Origin: Cenarchaeum sp.
GTDB lineage: Archaea > Thermoproteota > Nitrososphaeria > Nitrososphaerales > Nitrosopumilaceae
Assembly (NCBI GenBank): GCA_963693095.2
Contig: OY843768.1
Location: 960,001 to 1,024,000, forward strand
Reading direction: 5' to 3'
Length of the DNA stretch: 64,000 bases
Part shown: positions 31,452 to 40,346 of the stretch, one piece after another
How the letters are laid out: the number at the start of each line of letters is the position of its first letter
How positions within the stretch are numbered: the first letter of the stretch is position 1
Notes under the pieces: model-generated
What the model saw: the letters and a program-made list of their open reading frames with translations, nothing else
Databases searched by the model: none
Told to the model about the DNA's origin: nothing
Position numbers and translations under genes: made by a program

Positions 31452-31603
31452 GACAACAATATATCACTTTGTGGCACCACCACGCAAGGCCAGAGACGGC
31501 TTGCAGGGCAGGCCGACCTCCATGCGCCCCACAGGGCACTCTAGCTTTAAATCACCACGCTCAGGCGCTCCCGTCGGCATCGCTTCAAACCGTATGGGGC
31601 ACA

Positions 31604-31639
31604 GGGAGCCGGTGTCCGGTGCGTTGGATGCCGGCTCCC
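31604..31639. other. 14-bp GC-rich hairpin between pepF and the ATPase island
   Basis: GGGAGCCGGTGTCC-N8-GGATGCCGGCTCCC. Confidence 0.5.
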
Positions 31640-31648
31640 CCTTTCATC

Positions 31649-33391
31649 TTAACCTCGCTCAAGGTCGCGTGCCTGCTCGGCGACATAGTCCATGCCCTCC
31701 TGCCAGAACGACGCGCTTCCGATGTCAAAGCCGTGGCGCGCCATGAGGTCCTCGGGCTTTTCAGAGCCGCCGGCTGCCAGTATGCCAAGGTACGTCGGGG
31801 CAAACCCCGCGCCCTCAGAGGCGTATCTCGAAAAGAGCGAGAGGGCCATGAGGCACCCAAACGAGTACGCATAGCAGTAGAACGGCGAGTGGTAAAAGTG
31901 TGGGATTGCGACCCACTCGTCGGCAAAGTCGCCTGAAACGTCGACTGTGCGGCCAAACTGCGCGCGCAGCCCACGCATGTACTCGCCTGATATCTCGCCG
32001 GCCGTCGCGCCAGACTCGACCATGGTGTGCGCGCGCTGCTCAAAGAGCGTAAAGAACGACTGGCGCATTATCGTCGCATAGAGCGAGTCTAGCCGGGATG
32101 CGATCATTGCGCGCCGGCGCGCCGGCGAGGCGGTGCGCATGAGCGCATCATGGAGCAGCGTCTCGGAGAATGTCGAGGCCGTCTCGGCGAGCGGGAGCGG
32201 TGCGTGTTGCGTGAGTATCGACTGCGACGAGGCCGCAATGCTGTGGACCGCATGGCCGAGCTCGTGCGCGAGCGTAAACGTGTCCTCGACTGTGCCAGTA
32301 AAGCTGAGCAGGACATAGGGGAGGAGCCCCGGCGAGACCGTGCTGCAGAACGCGCCATCACGCTTGCCCTTGCGGACCGACGAGTCGACGTGGCACGAGT
32401 CCATGACGCGCCCCGCCATTGCGGCCATCTCGGGGCTAAAGTCCGACATTGCGCCAAGGACGCCCTTTACCGCGCTTGCGTACGAGTTGCGAGCCTTGCC
32501 GCCGGGCACTGGCGCGTAGAGGTCATACCTGCGCATCTTTTCCAGGCCGATCATGCGCGCCTTTGCAGCAAAGAACCGCCTGAACACGGGCGCATTTTTC
32601 TCGCATGTGCGCAAGAGTGCCGAGACTGTCCGGTCATCGACATTGTTTGCCATGTTTCTCGGAGATATTGCAGACTTGTGCGATCGCAGGCCAACCTCGA
32701 CGCTGCCCCACTCGGAGGAAACACTAGAGTAAATGTCGCCAAGCGTTCCCCTGTTAGACGCAAACTTTGAGAGAAGCGCGCGGTATGCGGCGCGCCGAAC
32801 CGATGCGCGCGGGCTCCGGACCAGCGCGCCGAGCTCCTCGCGACCCATCGTCTTGCGGCCCACGCGATACTCAAAGGCCGACGTGAGGCGGTCATACAGC
32901 CGGACAAGAGCCGAGGAGCCGGTAACGTCCATGATGTTGATGATGCGCTCCTGGGCCTCAGGCAGCGTGTGGCGGGCCATGAGCCTCATGTACGCAAAGT
33001 GGCCGGCGAGCGGGCCGAGGTGCGTGAGGAGGCGTCGCGCGTTGCGCGCATCAAGATCCACCTTCCACCACTGATCAAAGAAGAGCATGTCGTTTGCCAC
33101 CTGCGCCGAGAGGCGAGTCATCGCCGCGACGCGCGCGCCGGCCCTCTCGGACTGCGTGTCAGCCGCATACGAGAGCGAGGCGTGCGAATAGACACGGCTC
33201 ATCGCATCGTGAATATCCTCAACTAGCGAGATCATGCGCAGCATCTGCGACGGGGATATTGACGGCTTTAGGAGACCCCTAGAGCGCTCAAAGCGCGCGA
33301 CGAGCCGACGCACCTTGCGCACCTCGGCGTCGGCCTTGCGCCCGCCGGGCAGCTCGGAGAGCGTCCACTCGCCTGTTCGCAGTCCGGCCAT
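31649..33391 (-). CDS. pepF: M3B oligoendopeptidase F
   Basis: W.LSEL N-terminus, GKRDGAFC, TLAHELGHAVH, AETAS.F.E, IPHFYHSPFYCYAY. Confidence 0.92.
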   Translation of the reverse strand: MAGLRTGEWTLSELPGGRKADAEVRKVRRLVARFERSRGLLKPSISPSQMLRMISLVEDIHDAMSRVYSHASLSYAADTQSERAGARVAAMTRLSAQVANDMLFFDQWWKVDLDARNARRLLTHLGPLAGHFAYMRLMARHTLPEAQERIINIMDVTGSSALVRLYDRLTSAFEYRVGRKTMGREELGALVRSPRASVRRAAYRALLSKFASNRGTLGDIYSSVSSEWGSVEVGLRSHKSAISPRNMANNVDDRTVSALLRTCEKNAPVFRRFFAAKARMIGLEKMRRYDLYAPVPGGKARNSYASAVKGVLGAMSDFSPEMAAMAGRVMDSCHVDSSVRKGKRDGAFCSTVSPGLLPYVLLSFTGTVEDTFTLAHELGHAVHSIAASSQSILTQHAPLPLAETASTFSETLLHDALMRTASPARRRAMIASRLDSLYATIMRQSFFTLFEQRAHTMVESGATAGEISGEYMRGLRAQFGRTVDVSGDFADEWVAIPHFYHSPFYCYAYSFGCLMALSLFSRYASEGAGFAPTYLGILAAGGSEKPEDLMARHGFDIGSASFWQEGMDYVAEQARDLERG

Positions 33392-33430
33392 CTAGGCCTG
33401 CCCCCAGTCCACACGCGTGCGCATGGCAGC

Positions 33431-33562
33431 TCAGGGAATCTCGTCCTGCAGGTCAGAGCATGCCTTGTGAACCCACTTGTCCTGTGAGTTGCGCAGTATC
33501 TCCTTTCCTGTCTTTATCTCCCCACCGCACTCGGGGCACGTTCCGGAAAATCTTGCCTTCAT
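33431..33562 (-). CDS. 43-aa CxxC/HxxC Zn-binding microprotein
   Basis: Manual translation MKARFSGTCPECGGEIKTGKEILRNSQDKWVHKACSDLQDEIP; absent from the ORF track. Confidence 0.75.
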   Translation of the reverse strand: MKARFSGTCPECGGEIKTGKEILRNSQDKWVHKACSDLQDEIP

Positions 33563-33578
33563 CAGGCTGGCTCGCCCC

Positions 33579-33701
33579 CTAGGCAGTTATTACCCTTGCC
33601 CTAGACACGGAGTGGCCAGTGATCTTTTTGTGCGTCGAGGCCAGCTCGGCATCGCGGAACGTCAGCCCACACCTAAAGCACTTCCACGCAAGCTCGACCA
33701 T
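33579..33701 (-). CDS. 40-aa C2H2 zinc-finger microprotein
   Basis: Manual translation MVELAWKCFRCGLTFRDAELASTHKKITGHSVSRARVITA; TATA-like element ~25 nt upstream. Confidence 0.75.
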   Translation of the reverse strand: MVELAWKCFRCGLTFRDAELASTHKKITGHSVSRARVITA

Positions 33702-33761
33702 GGATATATCTCGCATGGTATGGATATAAGCGTGTCGAACATTTGATCCAGAGGCGCCAGC

Positions 33762-34064
33762 CTAGCCATAATCGACGTACCGGTCATAGCGGCGCTCGAC
33801 CTCGGGGTTCAGGCCGCCCAGGATTCGCTCGGTCTCTGAGGAGATTCGCCGCTCGATATACTCGCGCAGGCTCTCCAGGCCCCCGTCAGAGGCGATCTGG
33901 GCGGCAAGTCCCCCAAAGTATGACGCAGCGAGCCTTCGATACTCGTCTCGCGCAGGCCTGCGCTCGCCTGCCGCCCGAAACGAGGCCGTCGCGCACGACG
34001 CGCCGACGATATGCGGCAGCTCGTCTAGTGCGCGGCTGATCTCGTACCGTGAGTCTGGCCTCAC
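33762..34064 (-). CDS. Hypothetical protein downstream of hemB
   Basis: 100-aa ORF overlapping the hemB stop. Confidence 0.65.
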   Translation of the reverse strand: MRPDSRYEISRALDELPHIVGASCATASFRAAGERRPARDEYRRLAASYFGGLAAQIASDGGLESLREYIERRISSETERILGGLNPEVERRYDRYVDYG

Positions 34065-35056
34065 GGCCCATCACGCAGGGCAGCAGCGGCCTCTTTTGCA
34101 AAGTATGTCACGATGACGCCGGCGCCGGCCCTCTTTATGGCGTGGAGTATCTCTAGGGCCACTGCTGTCCCGTCGACCATGTCGCGCGACTCGGCGGCCT
34201 TTACGAGCGCATACTCGCCAGACACGCTATAGGCTGCCACGGGCACGTCAAAGCGCCTGCGCGTCTCGGCGATGATGTCAAGGTACGCCAGAGCCGGCTT
34301 TATCATCACAATGTCGACGCCCTCCTCAATGTCTGCAGCTATCTCTTGCATCGATGCGTGCGCGCCAGTGTACGGAACCTGGTATGACCTGCGGTCGCCA
34401 AACTGCGGCGCGCACGAGGCCGCATCACGAAAGGGCGCATAGAACGACGAGGCGTGCTTTGCCGAGTGCGACATTATCGCAACGTCGCCAAATCCCGCGC
34501 CATCAAGGGCTGCCCTGATCGCCGAGACCTGCCCGTCCATCATCGCCGACGGCGAGACGACATCAGCGCCAGCGCGCGCCTGGCTCACGGCGATCCTCGA
34601 GAGCGCCTCGAGGCTCGTGTCGTTGTCTATGGAGTTGCCGTCACCAACTAGCCCACAGTGGCCCGATGGCGTGTACTGGCACAGGCAGACATCAGACATT
34701 ATGGCAAGCGCATCGCCGTGCGAGGCACGCACTGAGCGTATGGCCTCTTGCACTACACCATCAGGCGCGTATGCCGAGGAGGCCGCGTCATCCTTGGAGG
34801 AGGGGACGCCAAATAGCATGACTGCGCGTATTCCAAGGTCGTGTATAGAGCCGGCCTCGGAGGCAACATCATCCGGACCAATCCTCGAGAGGCCTGGCAT
34901 CGAGTCGATACGCGAGGGCGATCCCGACTCGTCGACAAAGATGGGGCACACGAGGTCAGAGGCCGCAAGGCGCGTCTCGCGGACGAGCTCGCGGATGCTT
35001 CCTGACCTGCGCAGGCGGCGCAGGCGCGTGGCCGGAAACGGCATGTCAGAGCGCAC
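34061..35056 (-). CDS. hemB: Porphobilinogen synthase
   Basis: RLRRLR, DVCLCQYT..GHCG, PSAMMDG, MIKPAL.YLD, YSVSGEY. Confidence 0.96.
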   Translation of the reverse strand: MRSDMPFPATRLRRLRRSGSIRELVRETRLAASDLVCPIFVDESGSPSRIDSMPGLSRIGPDDVASEAGSIHDLGIRAVMLFGVPSSKDDAASSAYAPDGVVQEAIRSVRASHGDALAIMSDVCLCQYTPSGHCGLVGDGNSIDNDTSLEALSRIAVSQARAGADVVSPSAMMDGQVSAIRAALDGAGFGDVAIMSHSAKHASSFYAPFRDAASCAPQFGDRRSYQVPYTGAHASMQEIAADIEEGVDIVMIKPALAYLDIIAETRRRFDVPVAAYSVSGEYALVKAAESRDMVDGTAVALEILHAIKRAGAGVIVTYFAKEAAAALRDGP

Positions 35057-35076
35057 GGCCGAGATTGAATATAACT

Positions 35077-36321
35077 CTAGTCGGCGCGCCCAAAGAGGCG
35101 AGACGCCGCGTCTAGCACGCCATCATCGCCGTTCTCCGAGGCGCGCCTTATGCGCCCTATGGGGCCTGACACTATGCCCTCCATGATCGCGCGCGTGAGG
35201 TCGTCCACGGTGCGCGCCGTCTGCTCGTCGACGCCGCCCATCATGCCGATGGCCTTTGCGAGCTCGCGCGACCTGACCTCCTCGGCTGACCTAAAGACGT
35301 CAGCAATGAGCGGCTCGGCCTCTATGCGCCTCATGGAGGCCTCTATGCCGGGCACCTCGCCGGTGACCATCCCCTCGGCCGCGCGCGCCTGTGACTCGCG
35401 CTCCCTGACGTTGCGGTCCACGATGCCGGCTATCTCGTCAAGGTTTACGAGCCTCACGCCGTCGATCTGCGCGACACGCTCGTCGACGGTGCGCGGGTTT
35501 GAGAGGTCGACTATCATCATCGGGCGCGCCGAGGCGTCAAGCTTGTCGGCGGTGACCATAAAGTAGGGCGCAGTGGTTGCGACGAACATGACCGAGTACG
35601 CGCCAAAGTCGCCTAGCGCATCCTCAAACCTCACCGGCCTCCCGCCGACGTTCTCGCAGAACGCCTCGGCGCGCCGGAGCGTGCGGCTCGCGACGCCAAA
35701 CTCGTAGCCGCGCTGGAGGAGCGACTTTGCGACGAGCGTCGAGAGCTCGCCGGTCCCGATGAGGAGCACGCTCTGGCCAGAGAGGCTCCCGCCATGGCCC
35801 TCCTCGGCGAGGCGGACTGCCATCGAGCCAACAGACACGCCGCCACGGCTTATTCCCGTGTCCTGCCGCACGCGCGCGCCGAGTCGGACAGCCCTGTCAA
35901 ATGCCGTGTTGAGAACGTGGCCTGATGCGCCGCACTCGCGTGCGGCCGCTATTGACTGCCTGATCTGCCCGAGGACCTGCTCCTCGCCGATGACCATAGA
36001 GTCAAGTCCGGATGCGACGCGCAACAGGTGGCCGATGGCCTCGGTTCCCTCGCAGAACTCCATGTTCTCGCCGAACGTGCGCTCGTCCAGGCCCGCCATT
36101 GACGCCCACGTCCTCTTTATGCGCTCGGCGCCACATGACTCGGCAGCACCGTACACCTCGACCCTGTTGCACGTCTGCACGATGACGCACTCTTCCAGGC
36201 CGGCGTGCGCGCGAAAGCCCGAGAGGGCCGAGGCGATATTGCGAAACGTGAATAGCTCCATGACGTGTATTGGCGACTTGCGAAATGTCACGCGCGCGTT
36301 CACTATGCTCCTAGGCGCCAT
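35077..36321 (-). CDS. hemA: Glutamyl-tRNA reductase
   Basis: QTCNRVEVY, SGLDSMVIGEEQVLGQ, IGTGE, DLSNPR. Confidence 0.95.
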   Translation of the reverse strand: MAPRSIVNARVTFRKSPIHVMELFTFRNIASALSGFRAHAGLEECVIVQTCNRVEVYGAAESCGAERIKRTWASMAGLDERTFGENMEFCEGTEAIGHLLRVASGLDSMVIGEEQVLGQIRQSIAAARECGASGHVLNTAFDRAVRLGARVRQDTGISRGGVSVGSMAVRLAEEGHGGSLSGQSVLLIGTGELSTLVAKSLLQRGYEFGVASRTLRRAEAFCENVGGRPVRFEDALGDFGAYSVMFVATTAPYFMVTADKLDASARPMMIVDLSNPRTVDERVAQIDGVRLVNLDEIAGIVDRNVRERESQARAAEGMVTGEVPGIEASMRRIEAEPLIADVFRSAEEVRSRELAKAIGMMGGVDEQTARTVDDLTRAIMEGIVSGPIGRIRRASENGDDGVLDAASRLFGRAD

Positions 36322-36970
36322 CCCAGGTCTCCAATATCGACATTGCCCTGTCTCGCGCCGCGCGTGCGCGCCCGTCTTTTATTAACTGTTTAACCCCGTC
36401 ATCCTCGGCGAGCGCGCGCAAAAAGCGCCTTCTCCCACGGGGCGTCGCTATGCGGCCACGCGCAGCAGCCCTCATCTCGGCCTGGAGCGCAATGTGGGCC
36501 TCGTCGCCCTCGCCGACTAGGCCATCGAGCGCACCGGCGGCGCGCTCGCGCAGAATGCGGGCCATGACGGGGCTCTTGCCGCCTGTGGAGACGGCGAATG
36601 AGACCGAGTCTGAAAGGCGCGTTGCGGCAAGGTGCGCATAGTCGCTGTTTGCGGCATCATCTGACGAGTAGGCCAGGCAGTTGGGCTCGCATCGTGCCGC
36701 CTCGACAATGGTGGCGTTTAGCGCAGTGTCATCAGTGGCCGCAATCACAATGCGCGCGCCGCAGCCGCGTATGGCCACGGCGTCGCGCACGCGCTCGCGT
36801 CGCAACTCGAGCGAGTCACCGGCAAGCGCATCGAATCGCCCGTCGGCCGGCTCACCGATGACTAGGACTGTGCAGCCCTCGCCGAGGAGTGCCCGAGTCC
36901 GCCGGTAGGCCTCCGAGCCAGCACCGATGATCACGGCACGGCATCCGTGCAGGGCGAGGTCGACTATCAA
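36311..36970 (-). CDS. sirC: Precorrin-2 dehydrogenase / sirohydrochlorin ferrochelatase (SirC/Met8-like)
   Basis: IIGAG, IAATDD..LN, AVSTGGKSPVMAR. Confidence 0.88.
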   Translation of the reverse strand: MIVDLALHGCRAVIIGAGSEAYRRTRALLGEGCTVLVIGEPADGRFDALAGDSLELRRERVRDAVAIRGCGARIVIAATDDTALNATIVEAARCEPNCLAYSSDDAANSDYAHLAATRLSDSVSFAVSTGGKSPVMARILRERAAGALDGLVGEGDEAHIALQAEMRAAARGRIATPRGRRRFLRALAEDDGVKQLIKDGRARAARDRAMSILETWDGA

Positions 36971-37151
36971 TGTGGGGGCACGGCGGGATTTTTCTATTTA
37001 AGTTGTGGATGCAGACGCGTGCGGCAGCCCACAGTCGTTAGCACATGCAAAGACCATGTGGGCGCCATCCACTGGCAGCACCCCACACGTGGCACATGAA
37101 CGCATCACAGGAAAGTGGCGCAGTGTCATGACCGGCATGCCACAGTAGCGC

Positions 37152-37830
37152 TCAGCCTGCAGCAGTATTCTGACTGCCAAGTGTTGCCATAGCCGTGCTC
37201 ACATGCCGCTCGTATATGTCAAGTAGCGCATCGGCCTCCTCCCTCATGCTCTCAAACATCAGGCATGGAAGCTCGCGCGTGGTCGGTGTCGCACCTCGCC
37301 TGCGCCGCGACTCGATCTCACGCGTGATCTCGTCCGGATGGGGTTCGAACAGGCAGTGCTCGAGGCCAAAGTAGCGGCATGCGGCAAAAAAGTCGTCCGT
37401 GTTCAACGAGGACACGTTGAGGTGGTGTCCGATATAGGCCTTGCCGCGCGGTCCTGTCGAGTCAAGAAAGTCCTTTAATCTCTCACGTGTCACCGTATAG
37501 CGCGATCCATAGTGTGCCCTTATGGTAAACTCCCTGTCCACGGCAGGGCGCGAAATGAGGAGACATATAACTCCCACATAAATGACGCACCAGGGAGTGC
37601 CATGATGTTCGCCTTTGCTAGGCCGTCAAGATCGCCCTCACTGACATTGCCGATTAACGCCGCTGCAACAATGGCAGCCGGCTCCCACCTTCTGTCCTGT
37701 ACATCTCGGGATACACCTCGCGGTAGAGCATCTCGGCGACGTTGATCTCGTGTGCGATCGCCTTCCGTAGGCGCTCAATGTGCGCGGCACGATCCCCAGG
37801 TTCGGTGGACAGCGTGCCGGACTTACACCG
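37152..37830 (-). pseudogene. Probable fragmented accessory gene (possibly HEPN-like)
   Basis: Protein-like segments continue across several frames upstream of ORF 37152..37577. Confidence 0.35.
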
Positions 37831-38069
37831 GGGTTCCTTGGAGCGCCCAATGTTAGGACACAGTTCGCCGTAGAGGCGTAGTTACAATCTGACCAGCGCA
37901 ATATGGCGCGAGGCGACCACGGTGTACGTAACAATAGATCTCACTAGCACGCACGAGCTAGCACCCAGTGCCCGCAACAACATATGCTAGATGTGCATGC
38001 CAGATTCCCCAAAATTCGCTATAAATACCATCCAGGAGAGCTTAAATGTACGCACAGATATGACGAGTC

Positions 38070-38693
38070 ATGGAAGCAGAAGGGCGCACCGTCGAGGAGG
38101 CCAAGACACGGCAGGGTCACGGCAGCGAGTTGCGCGTAAAGGAGCGCGCCATGAACCGTACGCTAAAGGCCAAACTAGCTAGCGATGACCTAATGGCCAG
38201 GCTTAAAAGCACGAAAATAGATCCCAACATTGAGCCCTTTCTGAGGATGCTCTGGGATTATAACCTGATCGACTGTAGCACAAACCCGAAAGACTCAACG
38301 TTAGAGACTCGCATAAAAGTGCAAAAGTTTGTGTATTTTGCCCAAAAATACTTTGGGCTGCAATTTCGCTATAGGCACACAATGTACCTGTATGGCCCGT
38401 ATTCCACCAGGCTTACAGGCGACTATTTCCATATACGAAACATCTGCGACGTTCCAAGCGAGAAGCCCAAAGGGTGGAGCAGGCAAGCGGAATTTCTCGA
38501 CTTTGCAAAAAATCACAACGATGTCAAATGGCTAGAAATTGCCAGCACACTAGTCTATTCACGACTTCACGATCACATAAATGGCTCCGACAATCTGATA
38601 AGATACGTGCAGAAAATAAAGCGCAACTTTCAAAAAGAGTTTGTTGTGCGCGTGCATGACGCGCTAGTCCAGATGGGATTTCTCGGGGAGTGA
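38070..38693 (+). CDS. Panacea (SocA/DUF4065)/YwgA-like protein, copy 1
   Basis: RIKVQKFVYFAQ...YLYGPYS..L and WLEIASTL motifs. Confidence 0.7.
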   Translation: MEAEGRTVEEAKTRQGHGSELRVKERAMNRTLKAKLASDDLMARLKSTKIDPNIEPFLRMLWDYNLIDCSTNPKDSTLETRIKVQKFVYFAQKYFGLQFRYRHTMYLYGPYSTRLTGDYFHIRNICDVPSEKPKGWSRQAEFLDFAKNHNDVKWLEIASTLVYSRLHDHINGSDNLIRYVQKIKRNFQKEFVVRVHDALVQMGFLGE

Positions 38694-38697
38694 GGCA

Positions 38698-38871
38698 ATG
38701 CCGGTGTGGGAGAGGCTTGCATCACACGCACCAGCTACAGACGGGCCATGCGTGGAACCACTCACACAAGTTCTGCAATACCTGCCACGGGATGCACCTG
38801 TTCAAACGCGTTGGGAGTGCAGCCCAGACGATGTTGACGCATGGGCCGACCGTACACGCCAACACTTGTGA
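38698..38871 (+). CDS. Short ORF or gene remnant in the partner slot after copy 1
   Basis: 57 aa (MPVWERLASHAP...RTRQHL); ATG lies 4 nt after the copy 1 stop, the same spacing as the partner of copy 2. Confidence 0.35.
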   Translation: MPVWERLASHAPATDGPCVEPLTQVLQYLPRDAPVQTRWECSPDDVDAWADRTRQHL

Positions 38872-39037
38872 CGGCTAGGCACGCCTAAATTTCCAAGACT
38901 GCCTTAAATATAATCAAAAGGGCTTAAATGTCCGCGCCGGCTCGCCACGCCATGAAAACGGCAGGCAACACCACACTGGTGGGCAGTCCGGGACAGGGCA
39001 GGCTCACAGTAACGTGTAGAGCGGCGCGGAGGTCGCC

Positions 39038-39580
39038 ATGAACCCCACATCGGAGACCGAGATGGTCATCGACGACTCGTTTGCGTGGATCAAGGACATA
39101 AAGATAAGCCCCAACATTGAGCCATTTCTGAAAATGCTCTGGGATCATGGACTTATCAACTGTGACACAAATCCCGAAGACTCGACGCTGGAGACGCGCA
39201 TAAAGGTGCAAAAGTTTGTCTATTTTGCCCAAAAGTACTTTGGGCTGGATTTTCAATACAATCACGTGATGTACATATATGGACCATACTCACTCGATCT
39301 CACAGGCGACTATTTTCACATCCGGAACATCCGCGACATTCCAAACGGTGGGCTCGAGGGATGGAGCAAGCGGGAAGAGTTTCTCGACTTTGCAAAAAAC
39401 CACAATAGCACGGATTGGCTAGACGTGGCCAGCACGATTATTTATTCACGGTTTGATGATAACATGAAAGATGCAGACATGCTTGTAAAGCACGTGCAGT
39501 TAATCAAAGGAAACTTTCAAAAGGAGTTTGTTGTGCGCGTGCATGACGAGCTAGTCCAGATGGGGTTTCTCGGGGAATGA
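39038..39580 (+). CDS. Panacea (SocA/DUF4065)/YwgA-like protein, copy 2
   Basis: Close paralogue of 38070..38693 (DSTLETRIKVQKFVYFAQKYFGL; NFQKEFVVRVHD.LVQMGFLGE). Confidence 0.7.
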   Translation: MNPTSETEMVIDDSFAWIKDIKISPNIEPFLKMLWDHGLINCDTNPEDSTLETRIKVQKFVYFAQKYFGLDFQYNHVMYIYGPYSLDLTGDYFHIRNIRDIPNGGLEGWSKREEFLDFAKNHNSTDWLDVASTIIYSRFDDNMKDADMLVKHVQLIKGNFQKEFVVRVHDELVQMGFLGE

Positions 39581-39584
39581 GACA

Positions 39585-40169
39585 ATGTCCTCAGGAATGT
39601 GGATTTTGCCATCCATACCAATTACTGTTGGCATATGGGCAGCCCTATGGAGCATCGAAATTATAGATACGGAATCTCCATGGTCTACAATTATAACAAC
39701 CATATCATTGTATTTAGCAGTTCTAGGAGCCATACTAACATATGAAGGTCGCAAAATCTCACAAAAAATGAAAGAGAGAGACGAAGATAGAGATAATAAA
39801 AAAAGTCACATTGTTGCCAAATATGAAATACCGCACGTTGTCAAAGCGCTCAACACACTCCTTGTAAGCATGGGCAGAACAAAAGCGAATCTGGATCAAC
39901 ATGCCATAAACAAACAAAATCATTTAGAAGAGCCAGGCGAGTACACATACAGGCGGGTCATGATGCACATAGAGGCAATACGCTCAATACAGTCAGATTT
40001 TCGCGAAGCGGGGCTGTCAAAGCACCACAGGCGCCTAGACGGCATACTTGTCAACTTGGACCACATTGGATTCGAGCGCATGGGCAAGGCAAATATGGCA
40101 GTGTTTGAAAGGAGTATCAAAATAATTTTGGACGTGATGAACGAGATTAGGGATGCTGCTGGCACGTAG
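39585..40169 (+). CDS. AT-rich hypothetical 2-TM membrane protein
   Basis: Two N-terminal hydrophobic helices followed by a soluble helical domain. Confidence 0.65.
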   Translation: MSSGMWILPSIPITVGIWAALWSIEIIDTESPWSTIITTISLYLAVLGAILTYEGRKISQKMKERDEDRDNKKSHIVAKYEIPHVVKALNTLLVSMGRTKANLDQHAINKQNHLEEPGEYTYRRVMMHIEAIRSIQSDFREAGLSKHHRRLDGILVNLDHIGFERMGKANMAVFERSIKIILDVMNEIRDAAGT

Positions 40170-40346
40170 ATTAAAATCCACATGTGGGCAATAGTGCCAT
40201 CATGCATACCAGGCATATGCAAGCCACGCACACGCCATGGGCGTGTCTTCGTTTTGCGACGGCATAAAGATCTCTCCCCCACGCCCTTGCCACACGCACA
40301 CACCCCACGCTAGGTATTTATCAAAACGCTGCGGCACGCGCGCCAG

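Noticed and set aside
36998-37180. Cys-rich 60-aa ORF as a Zn-finger microprotein
   Set aside because: Irregular Cys spacing, no clear promoter, and it lies in a degraded island edge.
38690-38878. CxxCH (CNTCH) heme-c motif in a 62-aa track ORF
   Set aside because: No signal peptide, it overlaps a better-positioned ORF in another frame, and AOA are not known for c-type cytochromes; likely chance.
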